Source: Octopus vulgaris (taxonomy: Eukaryota). Taken from it: a stretch of 64,000 nucleotides of DNA. Under the pieces are notes generated by a model. That model did no database searches, was not told where the DNA came from, and saw only the letters and a list, made by a program, of their open reading frames with translations. This document shows positions 26,760-40,959 of this stretch, piece after piece. The DNA is taken from positions 89,714,001 to 89,778,000 of the forward strand of contig OX597823.1 of NCBI GenBank assembly GCA_951406725.2, given 5' to 3'. Position 1 is the stretch's first letter. Every line of letters begins with the position of its first letter. The position numbers and the translations under genes are program-made.

Positions 26760-27950
26760 CTTAATGACAAGCGTAGATGATTTAAGCATAATAGTTTCAT
26801 CAACTACAAGGGATAAAGGAGGATGTTCAAGAAATAAGCCAACAACAGAGCCATTAGATGGACCAGTTTATGGAGGTTACTGAAAGTACTAGAACACAAT
26901 TGATTAGGAAGAGAATTAGCCTAGTTGAGATATGTTTCAGGTTAATGCCAATGATGCCGTTAGTGAGACAACTTACAAGAAAAGTGTAAAGCCATTCCAC
27001 CTAGCTATTGTCAGGGAACTATACTCTGTAGCCTGGAAAACTAGGGATAGATGAATGGCCTGTGAGAGCCTTGCAAACCATGTAAATAGATGTTACCAGC
27101 AAGGTGAAAGTTAATGAGCTAAGAGCAGAATTTAGCATGAAGTATGGGTGCAGCAGAGATAAAGAAGGCTCAAAGGCAAGTTAACAGGAAACATAAACTT
27201 CACATTGGAGAAGTTAACAAGAAGGATATACAAGAAATAAATTTCTTCAGATGTTTTAAAGACTTCCTAGAAGTTGTTGATGGCCTTTGAGTGTTCTGAA
27301 AGCATAATTGCCAGAGTTAAAACAGGAATGAAAACTTTCAAAGAATTATTTATTCCTGCTAGCAAACAAAAGATTTCTCTCTCTGAGTCAAGGGTATATT
27401 ATACAAGGCTTGTTTACTAAGTACACGGTTGCATGGTAGTGAGGTATGAGCCTTGAAAGTTGGAAATTTGAAGAGGGTAGGGAGAAAAAATGAAGTGAGC
27501 ACATGCTGTTGAATATGTAATATTCTGATCCTTTTTCAACCTGGAGTGAGGGGGCTTGTCTTGTGAGTTACTTGGCAACTTCATTAATGCCAGTGCCATG
27601 AAAAAAGCACCCACAACTCGGTAAAATGGATGGTGTTAGGAAAGACAACCAGCAATAGAAAGATGTTGGAGCTCAACATAGTCCTCTGCATGACCAACGA
27701 AGCAGAAATGTGTTTAGAGAAAAAAATTGGAAATAAGAGGAATCAGATGAAGTGTACAAAATAGATTATGCTAATACAGGTAAGAGATGTGTATGAAGGG
27801 TACCAGTTGTTTAAAAAAATGGCAAACATTCCAAGTGGATGGCCCTTGAGGAAGAAAGAGAGTAAGGAAGAGATGGGACGAAGTGAGGAAGATTGATCTC
27901 AAAACGTTGAACCTAACAGAGGAGGAGATAAACATGACCAGTGATGAAGC
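26760..27950 (+). mobile_element. Old degenerate RTE LINE relic
   Basis: Patches such as aaactagggatagatgaatgg (KLGIDEW) colinear with the 3.9 kb and 55 kb copies, with many deletions. Confidence 0.7.
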
Positions 27951-30900
27951 TCTGTCACTGAGTGGACTCAATGAATTTAGCAAATGGATGAAGAATGATG
28001 ATGGTGTTATTCTTTTAGACATTTCAGCCCAAAGCTTTGGTCAGCTGAGGCAAGGTCAGTAAAAAGTTGCCAACAGGCAGCTACAGAGAATTAAACCCCC
28101 AGGCCTCTCAGATATCAGCTGAGTGCTCTGTACCATTAAGCTAAGTGGGCTCCCTAAGATCATGAAAGTGATGGAGACAGGGATGTACAAGACACATGCT
28201 GAGGTATTTCCCAACCAACATGTTCATGTACTTTGCAATGTCTACATGCAATACAAATATAATTTATGCTCACTTGGTAATTCCATATACTGCTCTCTCT
28301 CCAATCTATCACCCACTCCCTTTCTTATCAATGTACCTCCCTATTACTACTGTTTCCCTTCCATCACACTGCCTGCATAAAGAGGGATGATATTACAATC
28401 TGATCTACAGCTACCCCCCACCCCCGATTCTCCTCTTGCCCTCACCATTTTATTTCAAGCCATCACTCCCCCCCCACTACTCCCTTCCCTATCATTTACT
28501 ACTGACATCCATTGGTCTCTCTCCCCTCCATTACTCCTCACTTCCAGTACTGAGGTATTCTGTCCCACCCAGTTATGTCTCCTTATACTCAGATCAACTC
28601 TACTTTTCTTCCTTTAGGAAATCTCAAAAATAAATACCAGATAAAATACTGAGATTGATATTAATCAGATAAAGCTCTTAAAGGTGGTGTCCCAACATGG
28701 CTGCAGTCTAAAACCAGTAATCAACCAGAATATAAGAAAAAGAAAAACACAAAACACTAAAATGAAAGCTTCACTCACCTTTATAACTAGTACATCACCT
28801 TATATAACATTGTATTACTGTTTAGACCAGTTCTCTTCTTTGGATGGCGAAGCGGAAAATAACTCCAAGTTATCAAAACCAAAGCAGCTAAAACATCTGC
28901 AAGATAAAAATATTTACAAGATTATGTAATCAGTGGCAGATGATGGGACTTGAAGCAGGACATAGTCGAATGATGAGTATTATACAATAGAGATCCTGCC
29001 AAACATTACAAAATAAAGACCTCTCTGACTATTACACGATTCAGGTTATGGATAATAGTATACAATAGGCAACATGCTAAACATTATGCAACAGAGGGTT
29101 TGGTTAATTAACCTGTGCATACAACAGATAATGTCGGTCCACAAATATTTGCTCACAAGGACAGCCTGAGGCTATAGAAGCCGACTGCTCATGTTGTTGC
29201 GTGGTGTTTGAACCCAGGACCATGTGTCTGTGAAGCAAACTTCTTGAATGCACAGCCATGCTTGGGCTCAGAGAGATTTCTTCATAGAGTATCTAATGCT
29301 GTGGTGATGATGTCAAAACTGAGCAGTGTTTATATGTGTGAGTTTTTATAATTCCTTTTTAAATAGAAACCATATTCTGAACATTAACTTATTTACGGCA
29401 ACAAAGGTGAAAAAGGAAATGGGAGGGGGGTGGGGGATGAAATTAGTGGGAAAGATACTCTGCTTATAAAAGCTTGATCAAATCAGTGATGCTGTAATGG
29501 TCAATTTGCCAGTTTTGTTAAATACATTAGATAAGTTGGAGGAAGAAGTATAACTGTCCAGAGCAGGTGTAAGTAAAGTGGTCAATATTCACTCATGGGG
29601 ATTTATAAACACCTGAAACAATTTTGAACATTAAGGGTGCTGAATTATTAGTAACTGAATCTGGAAGAGCAGAGTAATTTAAGAGTGAAAGTCACCAATT
29701 TCCAGCCAAATAGCAATGCAACAACTAGTTTTCACCAAACACTTACTACACATTAAATATTCTGACTATATCAATATCACTAAACTATTATTGTTGTTTG
29801 CTAATTGTGTTACATATTTTCACTTAAATTTCTTTAAATATTAATTAAACAGCAGTAATGACACATGCACACACACAAAAGAGTTGTTTGTAAATCAACA
29901 AATTTTTTTATTAATTATATTTTTAAAATTTAGTTTAGAAATTTATAAGATGAGCATTGGTAAGTTATCGATGACCCCATGAAATGGGGACAACAATTAT
30001 AAGAACTTTGCTGACCCCTGGTCCAGATGCAAACAAAACATGTAATTGCTCCAACATTACCTTTCATTCCTCTGGAGTTGATGAAATAGAGAAGCAGTCA
30101 AGTACTGGAATTGATATTATGAAGTAACCCTAATCTCTTCAAATTTGATACCTTGGGTCAAAGTAGAGTTGACAGAATCATTAAAACACCAGAAAAAATG
30201 CTGAAGTATTTCTTCTGGCTTGCTACGCTTTAAGTTCAAATCCCACCTAGACCAACCTTAACTTTCATCCTACCAGGGGTGATAAAATAAAGTACCAGTC
30301 AAGCACTGGGGTTAACAGAGCAAAAGGCCAATAGAATAAGTACCAAGCTTTAAAAAGGGAAAAGTTCGGGGGTTGATTCATTTGACTAAGAATTCAAGGT
30401 TGTGCCCCAGTATGGCCGCAGTCTAATGAATAAAACAAGAAAAAAGATAAGACTATTGAGGTCAATATAATCAACTTGCCCCACCGTCACTAAAATTGTT
30501 GGCTCTATTTGAAACCATTACTATTATTACTAAAATCACAAGCTTCTCTCAATTTCTGAAAATTACATCTGCTTTCTATTAAACCCCTGTTTAACAAACA
30601 TATCAACAGTCTCATGAAGAAAGCTTCCCCACCACCACCACCACCACCCTGCCTTCCTCACTCCCAGCAGCATCACTACTCCCTTATCATGACAAGTACA
30701 ACTCCCATTACCCCAATTACCCCCAGCCACCCCAGTCTGCTGGAATTCTTACACTCTGAAAACCCAGTAAGTTTTTCCTCCCCTGCCTCTGTCTCCTGTT
30801 GCTTCAAGGCTATGAGCACTCTTAGAAACACTAGGAAAAGTCAGCCAGCCAGCCAGCCAGCCAGCCAAACATAGAAACCAGCCATCCCACCACAACTTCA

Positions 30901-31339
30901 CTACTCTACTGTTAATCAGTCTACTGTTCAGCTGTGAACAACTGTAACAGCATCAGATGTGATGCAAGCTGAAAAGTAACACTGATGTTTGATGCTTTAT
31001 GGAAAGTACAAACGCCCCCAACAATACACTGTGTATGACCAGCAGAAATAGTAGTGTCAGGCAAAATATTTTGTGGCATTTGGTTTTCTCATTGTCATGT
31101 GTTCAAATCCCACTAAGTCAACCTTGTTCCCTTAATTCCACTCTCTCTCCCTGGTCAATTAAATAGGTGCCAGAGTTGACGTAACCAACTAAAACCCCTT
31201 CGTGTGGTGCCCCACCATGGCCACCATCCAAAGATTGAAATGAATAAAAGTTTATCAGAATGTATTTGGATTATGGAAGTTGTTAGGCTTCTGGATTACG
31301 ACGAGGACATTCTTCAGTAAAAACAGTAACTTTTATAAT

Positions 31340-31557
31340 ATTAATGAAGAAAATATGGGAGGGAATGAAAGGAAAGGGAGAAAGAAAATGAAGAAAAATA
31401 AAGAACAGAAAGAAGGAAATAGGGAACGAAAAGAATGAAGGATATGAAGAAATTAGGAAAAAAATAGGAAAAAAAAACAGGAAGGAAAGGGAAAGAAAAG
31501 GCAGAGGGGGAGGAAGAGAGAAGACAAAATGGTAAAAAGGCAAGGAAGAGAATAAAA
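31340..31557. repeat. Low-complexity purine (GA-rich) tract
   Basis: Almost entirely A/G. Confidence 0.8.
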
Positions 31558-33200
31558 TGTGTGGCTGTGTGGTAAGAAGTTTGCTTCCCAACCACATGGT
31601 TCCAGGTTCAGTCACAGTCCATGGCACCTTGGGCAAGCGACTACTACTATAGCCTCAGGCCAACCAAAGCTTTGTGAGTGGATTTGGTAGAAGGAAACAA
31701 AGGATACATACATACAGACAGACACAAACAATAGTTAGAAGAAAAAGAAAAGAAAGATATATCAGGCTTTATATTGTTCGTGCAGACCTTTACACTGAGG
31801 TCTGTTTCAAGGAAATGTTTTGTTTTTTCTTAGAAGAACAAACAGAAGAGCAACTGTTTGCAAGATTGATTTTGTGGCACAAATAGCACAAACTACAAAT
31901 ACTACATTCTCTATGGATTAATATTCATCTACACACGGACTTTAAGACAGTGAAAAGACATATTTTTAGACACAGAATAACCATTTAAGCTGGTGAAAAG
32001 ACATTTTTAGACGCAGAATAACAAGGACATTAATGATTTATCTTAGTGCAACAGAGACAACAGGGTCAACTGTTGAGGGGAACATTACCAGAATATATTA
32101 TGAAAACAAGAGAGGTTTTAGATGGAGGATGATAAGAAAATGACAGGGAAACAAAAAGGAAATAAATAATTGAAACAACTTCCATAGTAACAGGTGAGAT
32201 AGTAAAACAATCTCAGTAATAATAACAATGATTCTAACAATGAGAGGAAGGGGAGGGTGATTACATCAACTCCTAGTATGTGACTGGTATTCATTTTATT
32301 GAGCCTGAAAGGCAAAGTCAATCAATAAGACTAAAAACTATTAAAGGCCACAGATCAATGCAGTTCTAGCATGGCCACAGTTCAATGAATGAAACCAGTG
32401 GCAGAATTGGTAGAGTAGACAAATGCTTTTTTGGTATTTGGTTAACTCCCTTTATGTCCTAGGTTCAAACTTCAGCTTTGGTCAACAATGCCTTTCATCC
32501 TATTGGAGGTGATGAGAAATATTAGGATCAGCATAATTGACTAGACCTTAAAAGTCAGTACCCTAGGGACACAGTCCAATGACTGAAATCTATAAAAGAA
32601 CAAGAAAGTACCAGAACAACAAAGTAGGAAAAAAATACCTGAAGGTCATATTTCCAGGCTTGTTTGTTTTATTAAACTCAGCCATCTAGAATACTCTAGA
32701 GGCCACTCACTAGAGAGGCCTGTAGCCAACAGGTTTCGGGATCTGATGATACACCATAAAGCTAAACCCTTTATGGATGTAATCCCATAAATTGGCCTTA
32801 TCTAACTTTAATATATACTGGTCTATAACTTAGTGTACTTCTTTTGTCAGATTTATGTTTACGGACAATGTGTGTGTGTGGGGGGGGGAGTGAGCATCAA
32901 AGGTTTGCTGTAAAATATTTAAATAATTTTTTTATAGTGAAATATGAAGAGCCATTATTAGGTACAAAGTATTAACGGTTTTGATTCCAGCACACATGAA
33001 CCTACACTTGGTTCAATAGAAATATATTAAAGAAAAAAAAAATTGCAGTGAGTTTAAAATTCAATTTTTAACAGAAACAATCATCATAGAGGGATAAAAA
33101 AGAAATAAACTTAGCAGTGTTGTCATTTAGCTTTAGGTTGACTCTGGCTGAGCAGTCCTAAGATCAAAGGTGTTCTTTGATCAATGTTTTCTTTTAGACA

Positions 33201-33971
33201 TACAAGGTGGTAGCGAGAGGTTGCCCAGACTAGATATGCCTAATAATAACTTATTTACCAAAGTTTTAATAACATTCTCCCTCGAAATAGTCACATTATA
33301 CGACAACACACTGGTCCCAGCATTCCTGTCGCATTTGGACTCCAGCCTGGAAGTCGTTTTCTGTAAAGCGAGTCAAGAACCTTCTGCAATTTGCTCTGGA
33401 TCTCAACGGTAAAACTTTGAGCTGGGGAAGAGACAGAAGTCCACAGGTGCTAAATCTGGTGAATAGGGTAGGTGCAGAAGTGATACTGTGTTGTTTTTGG
33501 TGAGAAGCCCACGAGTGAGGAGAGTTCAGTAACAAGGTGCATTGTTGTCATGAAGAATCCAATACTTTGTGCTCCACAGATCCAGATTGCTTTCACCAAA
33601 TGTCCTCCTTCAAATGCTTCAAGACATCATTGATTGATTGTCCTCTGATGATCCTCAGGCACAAGCTGATGAATTTTCTCCACAGTGGGTGGAACACTTG
33701 TGGCAGGTCTTCCAGGGATGTTATTCTGCATTTGAAGCACATGTGCCACTTGAAACATTGTGTATGACCCATTGCCTCATCACCATAAGTTTGCCAAAGC
33801 ATGCTCAATGCCTCTGTAGCAGACTTCCCAAGTTCAATGTAAAATTTCACATTGGCTTTTGGTTCCTGTCCATGACAAAATCGCAGACTATAATATACAC
33901 GTGATCAACAAAATATTTCTATTATGTTAAAGACATTTTAAATACTGCAAACCAGAGGATTGCGACCTTGT
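33201..33971 (-). mobile_element. Internally deleted mariner (Tc1/mariner) transposon relic
   Basis: N-terminal HTH KFYIELGKSATEALSML..YGDEAM; YSPDLAPVDF motif near 33450; C-terminal W..CV...DYFEG; short residual inverted ends acaaggt/accttgt. Confidence 0.88.
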
Positions 33972-36900
33972 TTATATTATATTACTGACAAAGCACTTCA
34001 GAAAAAGAATTTCTTCAGACAGTATTGTTATAGAAAGAATCGGGTTACATAATAACCCTGTGCAATAAATCTTAGTGGTGACGGGTACTATAAAGTCAGA
34101 GTTGCAAACTAGCATATTGACTGGAAAGTATCTGTTATCACAACTGTATATCTTATTTATATTGTTATCTCTAACATCTCTGAAATTGAGATGTAACCAG
34201 GGTGTCAATTACAGCTAATAAAAATAAGATCTTTCAGTGTGGTTTGCATTAGAAGCATGCGGCTAGGGGCTCAATCCCACTGTGTGAACAGTATTGGATA
34301 GCATTCAATACAATAGTCATGTTTGGGTCGATGCATTCTGTGTGAAATTGGTAGATAGAAACTGAAAGGCGGTGGCGAGCTGGCAGAAACGTTAGCACGC
34401 CAGGCAAAATGCTAAGCAGTATTAATGTTCTGAGTTCAAATTCCACCGAGGTTGACTTTGCTTGTCATCCTTTCAGGGTTGAAGTACCAGTTACACACTG
34501 GGGTCGATGTAATCGACTTAATCCGTTTGTCTGTCCTTGTTTGTCCCCTCTATGTTTAGCCCCCTGTGGGCAATAAAAAAATAAGAAACTGAAAGAAACC
34601 TGTTGTATGCATATGTGTGGTGTGTGAGTGTGTGTATGCATGTATCTGCTTGTGTGAATGATTTCATATTTTCTTAAATGTGTCTTGACTATAATCAAAA
34701 CACACTTACTATCAAACACAAGCAGTGCTGTATGCTTACAATCAACTGCAAAAGGCCATCCAAGCTTTGTGAGATGTCTTGACATGGTGCGTGAGATTTT
34801 TGTAAAAAGAAGGAAAAAGACTTGTAGCTATGTCTAGGATGTTTGGTGTTTGTCAGACTAAGTAAGGGGTTATTACTTTGCTTGGAAACAGATGAGGGCT
34901 GTTGACAAGAAGGGTGTCTGGACATAGAAAATCTGCATCGATAGATTCCATCTGATCCATGACAGAATGGGAAAATAGATGTTACAACAAATATGATGAT
35001 GTTCCAACGATGGCATATTAGTATATAAATCAGGAGTGGAGTGGCGAGCTGTAGCAGGCTAGACCAAATACTACATAGTAGTAGTAGTAGTAGTAAATGA
35101 TATGACAAAACGCCTTGTGTTATTTAAGTCACTTTACATTCTGAGTTCAAACCCTGTCTAGTTCCATTGACATTTCCACATTCAAGGATCTATAAAACAG
35201 AACAAGTTGGTGAAAATAACTACTGGGGACAACAATCAACTCTATCTTCAAATATGGCAGAGCAACATAAACCCAGCTCAATAGCTGAATCATCTAATTA
35301 AAGTCTATTTTCCATGCTGGCATAGGTCAGACGGTTCAATATAACCAACGAGCTAACTCCAATGCTGTTTTAGTCTGGTTTCTGTAGCTGGATGGATTTC
35401 CTAATGCCAACTGCTTTAAAGGGCATACTGTGAATTTTTTATGTGCTAGGGAGGTCACCAAGTAACTCTCAAGACATGACTCCTCAACTGAGGGGATGTA
35501 GTATTAAGGGAGGGGGCTTTGTACCAAATGATGAGAGGTTAAAGATTAACAAAGGGACAAGAACAGCCGGCTTGCCATGGAAGAGATACACGACTACCCC
35601 TACTGAAAAAAGAAAGGCGGTGGTGGTGACAAGGTGTCATGGTATTTTCTCGAGGTAGAGGTAGATGAATCTAAGTGGAAAAGCAGATCAGACAGGGTGA
35701 GTGGATGGGTTAAGTTTGCAAGAGTGTGAAAGGAGAGTGGCAGATGGATAGAGATGAATGCATATGTTCAGAGTTCAAATTCTGATGGACTTTGCCATTC
35801 ATTCATCTTAATGAATTAGATGAATTAATCAGGCAGACAGTGGTACTGATTCAATAAACCACAACCCAACCTCCACCACTTCTCTCTCCTCCTCTCTGAC
35901 ACAAATGTGATCCCCCACCTTGTGCCAATATAAGAAATCAATTGATTTTAAAGTTTATGCTTTAATGTTAATTTATCTTCTCAAACATTAGTCACCACCA
36001 GCTTTTGACAGACGAATATTGTCGAGACATTTGGATGCGAAACTTGCAAAATTACATTTTTAATATTCTCAGTCTTCAAAATCATAAGATTTCATTAAAT
36101 CATCCTAATCTATACAATTCTCTTCAGATATTAATTTTGTTTTGCAACTGTTCTATGTCCAGTTTAGCATATGAACAAATGGATGAAAGAGGTGAGTGAA
36201 TTGTGCAGATTTGTGCATTTGCATAATTCCAGCGCAACTGTTCTCTGTCAGACAAAGAAGACAATGGTAATAATCACAAATGAGGTTTTCCATATAAAAC
36301 AGGTTTACCACACACACCCAAGTACAAAATGCAGACATGTGTGCACACACACACTGTTTTCCATCCATTTGTTCTATACTAGCGTTGGTGTGGTTATTTC
36401 TGTAGAAATCATTTGTGTAACTATATAGCTTTCTGCTAATCATTCAACCATAATGAAAGCATCAACATAATCACTCAGTTGGCAAGAAATACATTCGACC
36501 ATCTTAGGATAGAAAATAACATCACATAATGTGGTCCAGGGTGGACTATGCCAGAGTAAGAAATGAAAAACATGAGATTAAACTACATCAATGAACCAAG
36601 AGTGCTTCTATATAGTTTTTTGATTTGCTAGAAATAGTAGCCAAATCTCACTGAAATTACACCCTACCCTATCAGCTCAAAAAAAACAAAAACACATTAG
36701 ATAATGTACTCATAGATTTAGTGTGTCTGAAACCAGTCAAAATGATGAAAGCTGTAATGTCTTTCATCAGAAGCCTACTGGTTCAGGGCTTTGTCAGCCA
36801 GGTGAACTGGTGATGAGGAGATGGACACTGCATATCTATCAAACTTAACCCTATCACTGCCATTATGTTTCCCTGTTATTGTAGCTTCGATAGTTTCAGT

Positions 36901-37672
36901 CATCATACTAATTAGCATCAAGGTAACATTGAAACCACTGCCAAGAGAGCCAAATCACTGACACTCTAATCCTCAGAGATCTTGCACTTAAAATGTCCCC
37001 AGGATGTTCCTATTATGTACCTCAGGACACTGACTTCACAACAGATTCATGGCAGTTCAGCATTTGAGATCCATTTTCCATGCTGGCATAGGTTGGATTG
37101 TTTGACAGAATCCAACAAGCTCCACTGCTTGCTCTGGTGTAGTTTATATGACTGGATCCCCTCCCTAATTCCAACCACTTTACAGAGCATACTAGGTCTT
37201 ATTCCAAGGTACCAGCACTAGTGAGGTCACCAAATAATAAACAATACAAAGTGGAGTTGTAGTAGACAGGTGCAATTACGCATAAATAAAATGACTCCAA
37301 TATTTCATCAAAACTATATCAACAACTTTAGCATCTTTTAAGAAGACTTTTCAGTGTTTCAGTCACTGGAATGTAGCCATATGAGAGTAATCTTTGCAGG
37401 GTGTTTAGTCAAATGTATTTTATTGATCTCTCAAGAATGATGGATAACTTTGGTATAAAGAAACATAACTACACATCACAAAGTATTTGTTCACTGCACA
37501 AATTTTGTCTGGGCGCAACTTAGCATATATACAATATCATCATTTTTTGTCTGCTTTCCATGCTGGCATAGGTAGGATGGTTTGACAGAATTCAATGGGC
37601 GGGAAGACCACATCTTCCACCAATGTCATTCTAGCATGGTAGGCTTACCTAACATACATGTATACATATACT

Positions 37673-37720
<48 letters not shown>

Positions 37721-40385
37721 GAAGCTTAGAAGCTTTTTTTACTTTCTCATATATAGTTCATTATCATTTATATTGTTATATAGTTTGTCAGAAAGAAAAG
37801 CTTTCTGGTATTTAAATTTATTTCAGTACTTCAGGAAATGAAGATGATATGTATATTTTCATACGTAGACACAAAGCCACACCAGAATCCAACAAGTTTG
37901 TAGTTCTCACAAGAGAACTTAATGAACCATTTCAAATTCAAAGTAACAACATACTCTTATGTGAAGAAGATGATAATGAAGCATTTGAAAAATCCAGAAA
38001 CACAGAGAGCATGTAAAACATACACACACACACACACACACACATGTACGACAGAATGAATCAGAAATAGTGAAATTGAAATATTAGGAAACTTTTAATA
38101 GTGATAATGAAGCAAAATTCTATCTGTCCATCTGGAACTGCTGTATCTCAGTCTAGATTTGCTCTACATAGACATATTATACTTTTTTTTAATCAGGATG
38201 ATCCCAGGATTAAAATTCTGCCCTTCATTTGGTTCTTGGACATCCAGCATTGGGATCTGATTTAAGAGCATTTGGGTTGCTATTTCTAGCAGGTAAAGCT
38301 TGGCTGATTTATGCCATCTTGGTTGGTGTTTATCAGAGGACATCAGAGATCAAGGGGGAGATAAATGACATTTGCTTTGTTGATTTTACGTCAAGATAAG
38401 AACTTTGGGACAAATTGGCCAACAATTGGAATTCAACTAGGGAACTAGAACAATAGAATGAATGATTGCATTACAGAATTAATTCTCATCAATTCTTAAC
38501 CTCTAATCAAACACCACCAGGACATATAGTCATTATAAACATATCAGAGTTATGCCATTTAGCTGTCCTTAGTTTTGGCCCACAGGCCCAATTAGCCCTC
38601 CACAGGAGCTAACGTAAGAGTCTGCATGAAGTGTGGATTTTAAGCTAGTATATAACAATATAAACATGTTCCTTGCATAGTTTTGAGAGACATAATCTAG
38701 TGGAGGTACAAACAAAATCAGTGCAGCAGACAAATATTTAGTGTAAAAAGCACCAACCAATCGTGGTCGTTGCCAGCCTCCCCTGGCACCTGTGCCGGTG
38801 GCACGTAAAAAGCACCCACGACACTCACGGAGTGGTTGGCATTAGGAAGGGCATCCAGCTGTAGAAACACTGCTAGATCGGAGCCTGGTGCAGCCTCCTG
38901 GCTTCCCAGACCCCGGTCGAACCGTCCAACCCATGCTAGCATGGAAAATGGACGTTAAACGATGATGATGATGATGAGTTACATGCAAACACACACACAC
39001 ACACACACCTGATAAGCCACCACAGAGATTTTATTTACCAAAAGTTACACACACATACAAGGCTTTGATCAACCCTAAGTCTATGACAGAAGATACTTAT
39101 CTAAAGTGCCATTCACTGAGATTGAACTTAGAAGCATGTGGTTTTGAAGCTAAGCAAGTCGTACACAAACCCTTGCCATCATGAAGAATAGTAACATCAA
39201 TTGTTCCCAGTTAAATTTAGATGCCAGCATTACAACGAAATAGTTAAACTAATTTCATGATTTTTCACATTTTATGTTATCAGTATGAACTCTAATCTAT
39301 TTATCATCTTTTATTAGATTTCTGGACAGTTTTATATTTCATACAGTTTTGTTCACACCAGGGACACAATTTTCAATTCAACTATTGATTAAATTTGATG
39401 CTTATATTATAACAACTGTTACTAAAGCAACAATATATTTGAAGTCTTACTGGGAGCTGCTGCATGATCACGATCTGCTAGAAATAACAGCAATATCATT
39501 CTAAGATTCTTCTAACTATAAATCTGTATCTTTGTCAATTGGGAAACGCTTAAAAGTATAAAAATAAACAAATACATGGATAGGGAGAAATTAAAAACTG
39601 ACTAATCGTGACAAAACAGTTAAGTGCTTAAGTAAATGTGAGTGCTAAAACCAACCAACTGACTACAGAGGAAACTTCTTTTTTTTAAATTTTATGCTAC
39701 TATCAAGGATTCGATAATTAACACTAGCTTTCATCATAGTGTACTTCCTATGGAAAATTGTAGAATTGTAGTCAGACAATTGACACTATAGGTGTGTTGG
39801 TATAGTTAAGAATTCTATTTATAAACCATCGAATAATTGGTCACAGATTGTGGAGTTTATACCTACTAATAGATTTGGTATTGATGTGTCAAGGTAGCTA
39901 GAGTAACATGTTTGTTTTTTTTAATGTGGTAGGTAAACATTGTGATTATTTTATTTTTATCTTTTGCTTGTTTCAGTCAATGAACTGTGGCCACACGGGA
40001 GCACCACCTTGAAGGATTTTAGTCAAATTTTAAAGTTTAGTACTTATTCTATCAATCTCTTTTGTCAAACTGATAAGTTACGGGGACATAAATCAATACT
40101 GGTTGTCAAATGGTAAGGGAGGGGGGCAAGCACATATACATTCAATGAGCTTCCACACAGTTTCCGGAAGAAAACACTTGCCCAAGGTGCCACACAGTGA
40201 GACTGAACCTGAAACCACACAGTTACAAAGTGATCTTCTTAACCATACAGAAAGTAATGAAACCAGTGATGATTTAGCATTAGTAATAATTAATCTGTTG
40301 TAAAGATTCCAGAAGAGTTTAACCTTTTTGATACCAGTCCACCTAAGACTACTCCAAGTCCTACAATGCAAACATCTTGTTATAA

Positions 40386-40605
40386 CCCTTTCGTTACTGT
40401 ATTTATTTTGAGATGCTCTGTATTTCTTTCAATTACTTTAAATATAACAAAGAATTTAGCAAAATAATTTAGTTATCATTAAGCTAGTGTTAGGAACATA
40501 AATTGTGACTAGGGTTTGGTGGAAGATTTTAATTCAAAACTTATGAAAACAAGACATTTGTACTCAGAGCCAGAACCGGTTTCAGCCAGGTTGGTAACAA
40601 AAGGG
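40386..40605 (-). mobile_element. Same piggyBac-type MITE, nested in an older related copy
   Basis: CCCTTTCGTTAC...GTAACAAAAGGG; reverse complement closely matches 18047-18268. Confidence 0.8.
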
Positions 40606-40831
40606 CTATAGTTAAAAGCTTCTGTCAAAATTCTGTGCTAATTTAAATTCCAAACACCTGCTTAATAATGATAAAGTTATTTTACTAATTTCTTCATTAT
40701 TTAAAAAATGAATTTGAACTGTAGGGCATTTCATTTTTGTGTTTGGTTTGCAAGATTCTTGAAAGAAATTTTGTTGTCTTACATCAATAACATTACATCA
40801 ATAACAACATATGCACAAATAATTCAAATCC

Positions 40832-40959
40832 ACTTGTTTATTGTTAGTCAGTTAAATATCTAAACAACTAACTAATTGATTGATTGTTTAACCAACACAT
40901 TAAACGATCAATCGGTCAGTCGGTTAGACATTTAACTAACTGACTAACAATAAACAAGT
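40832..40959. repeat. Imperfect inverted repeat/hairpin
   Basis: acttgtttattgttagtcagtta ... taactgactaacaataaacaagt. Confidence 0.8.
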
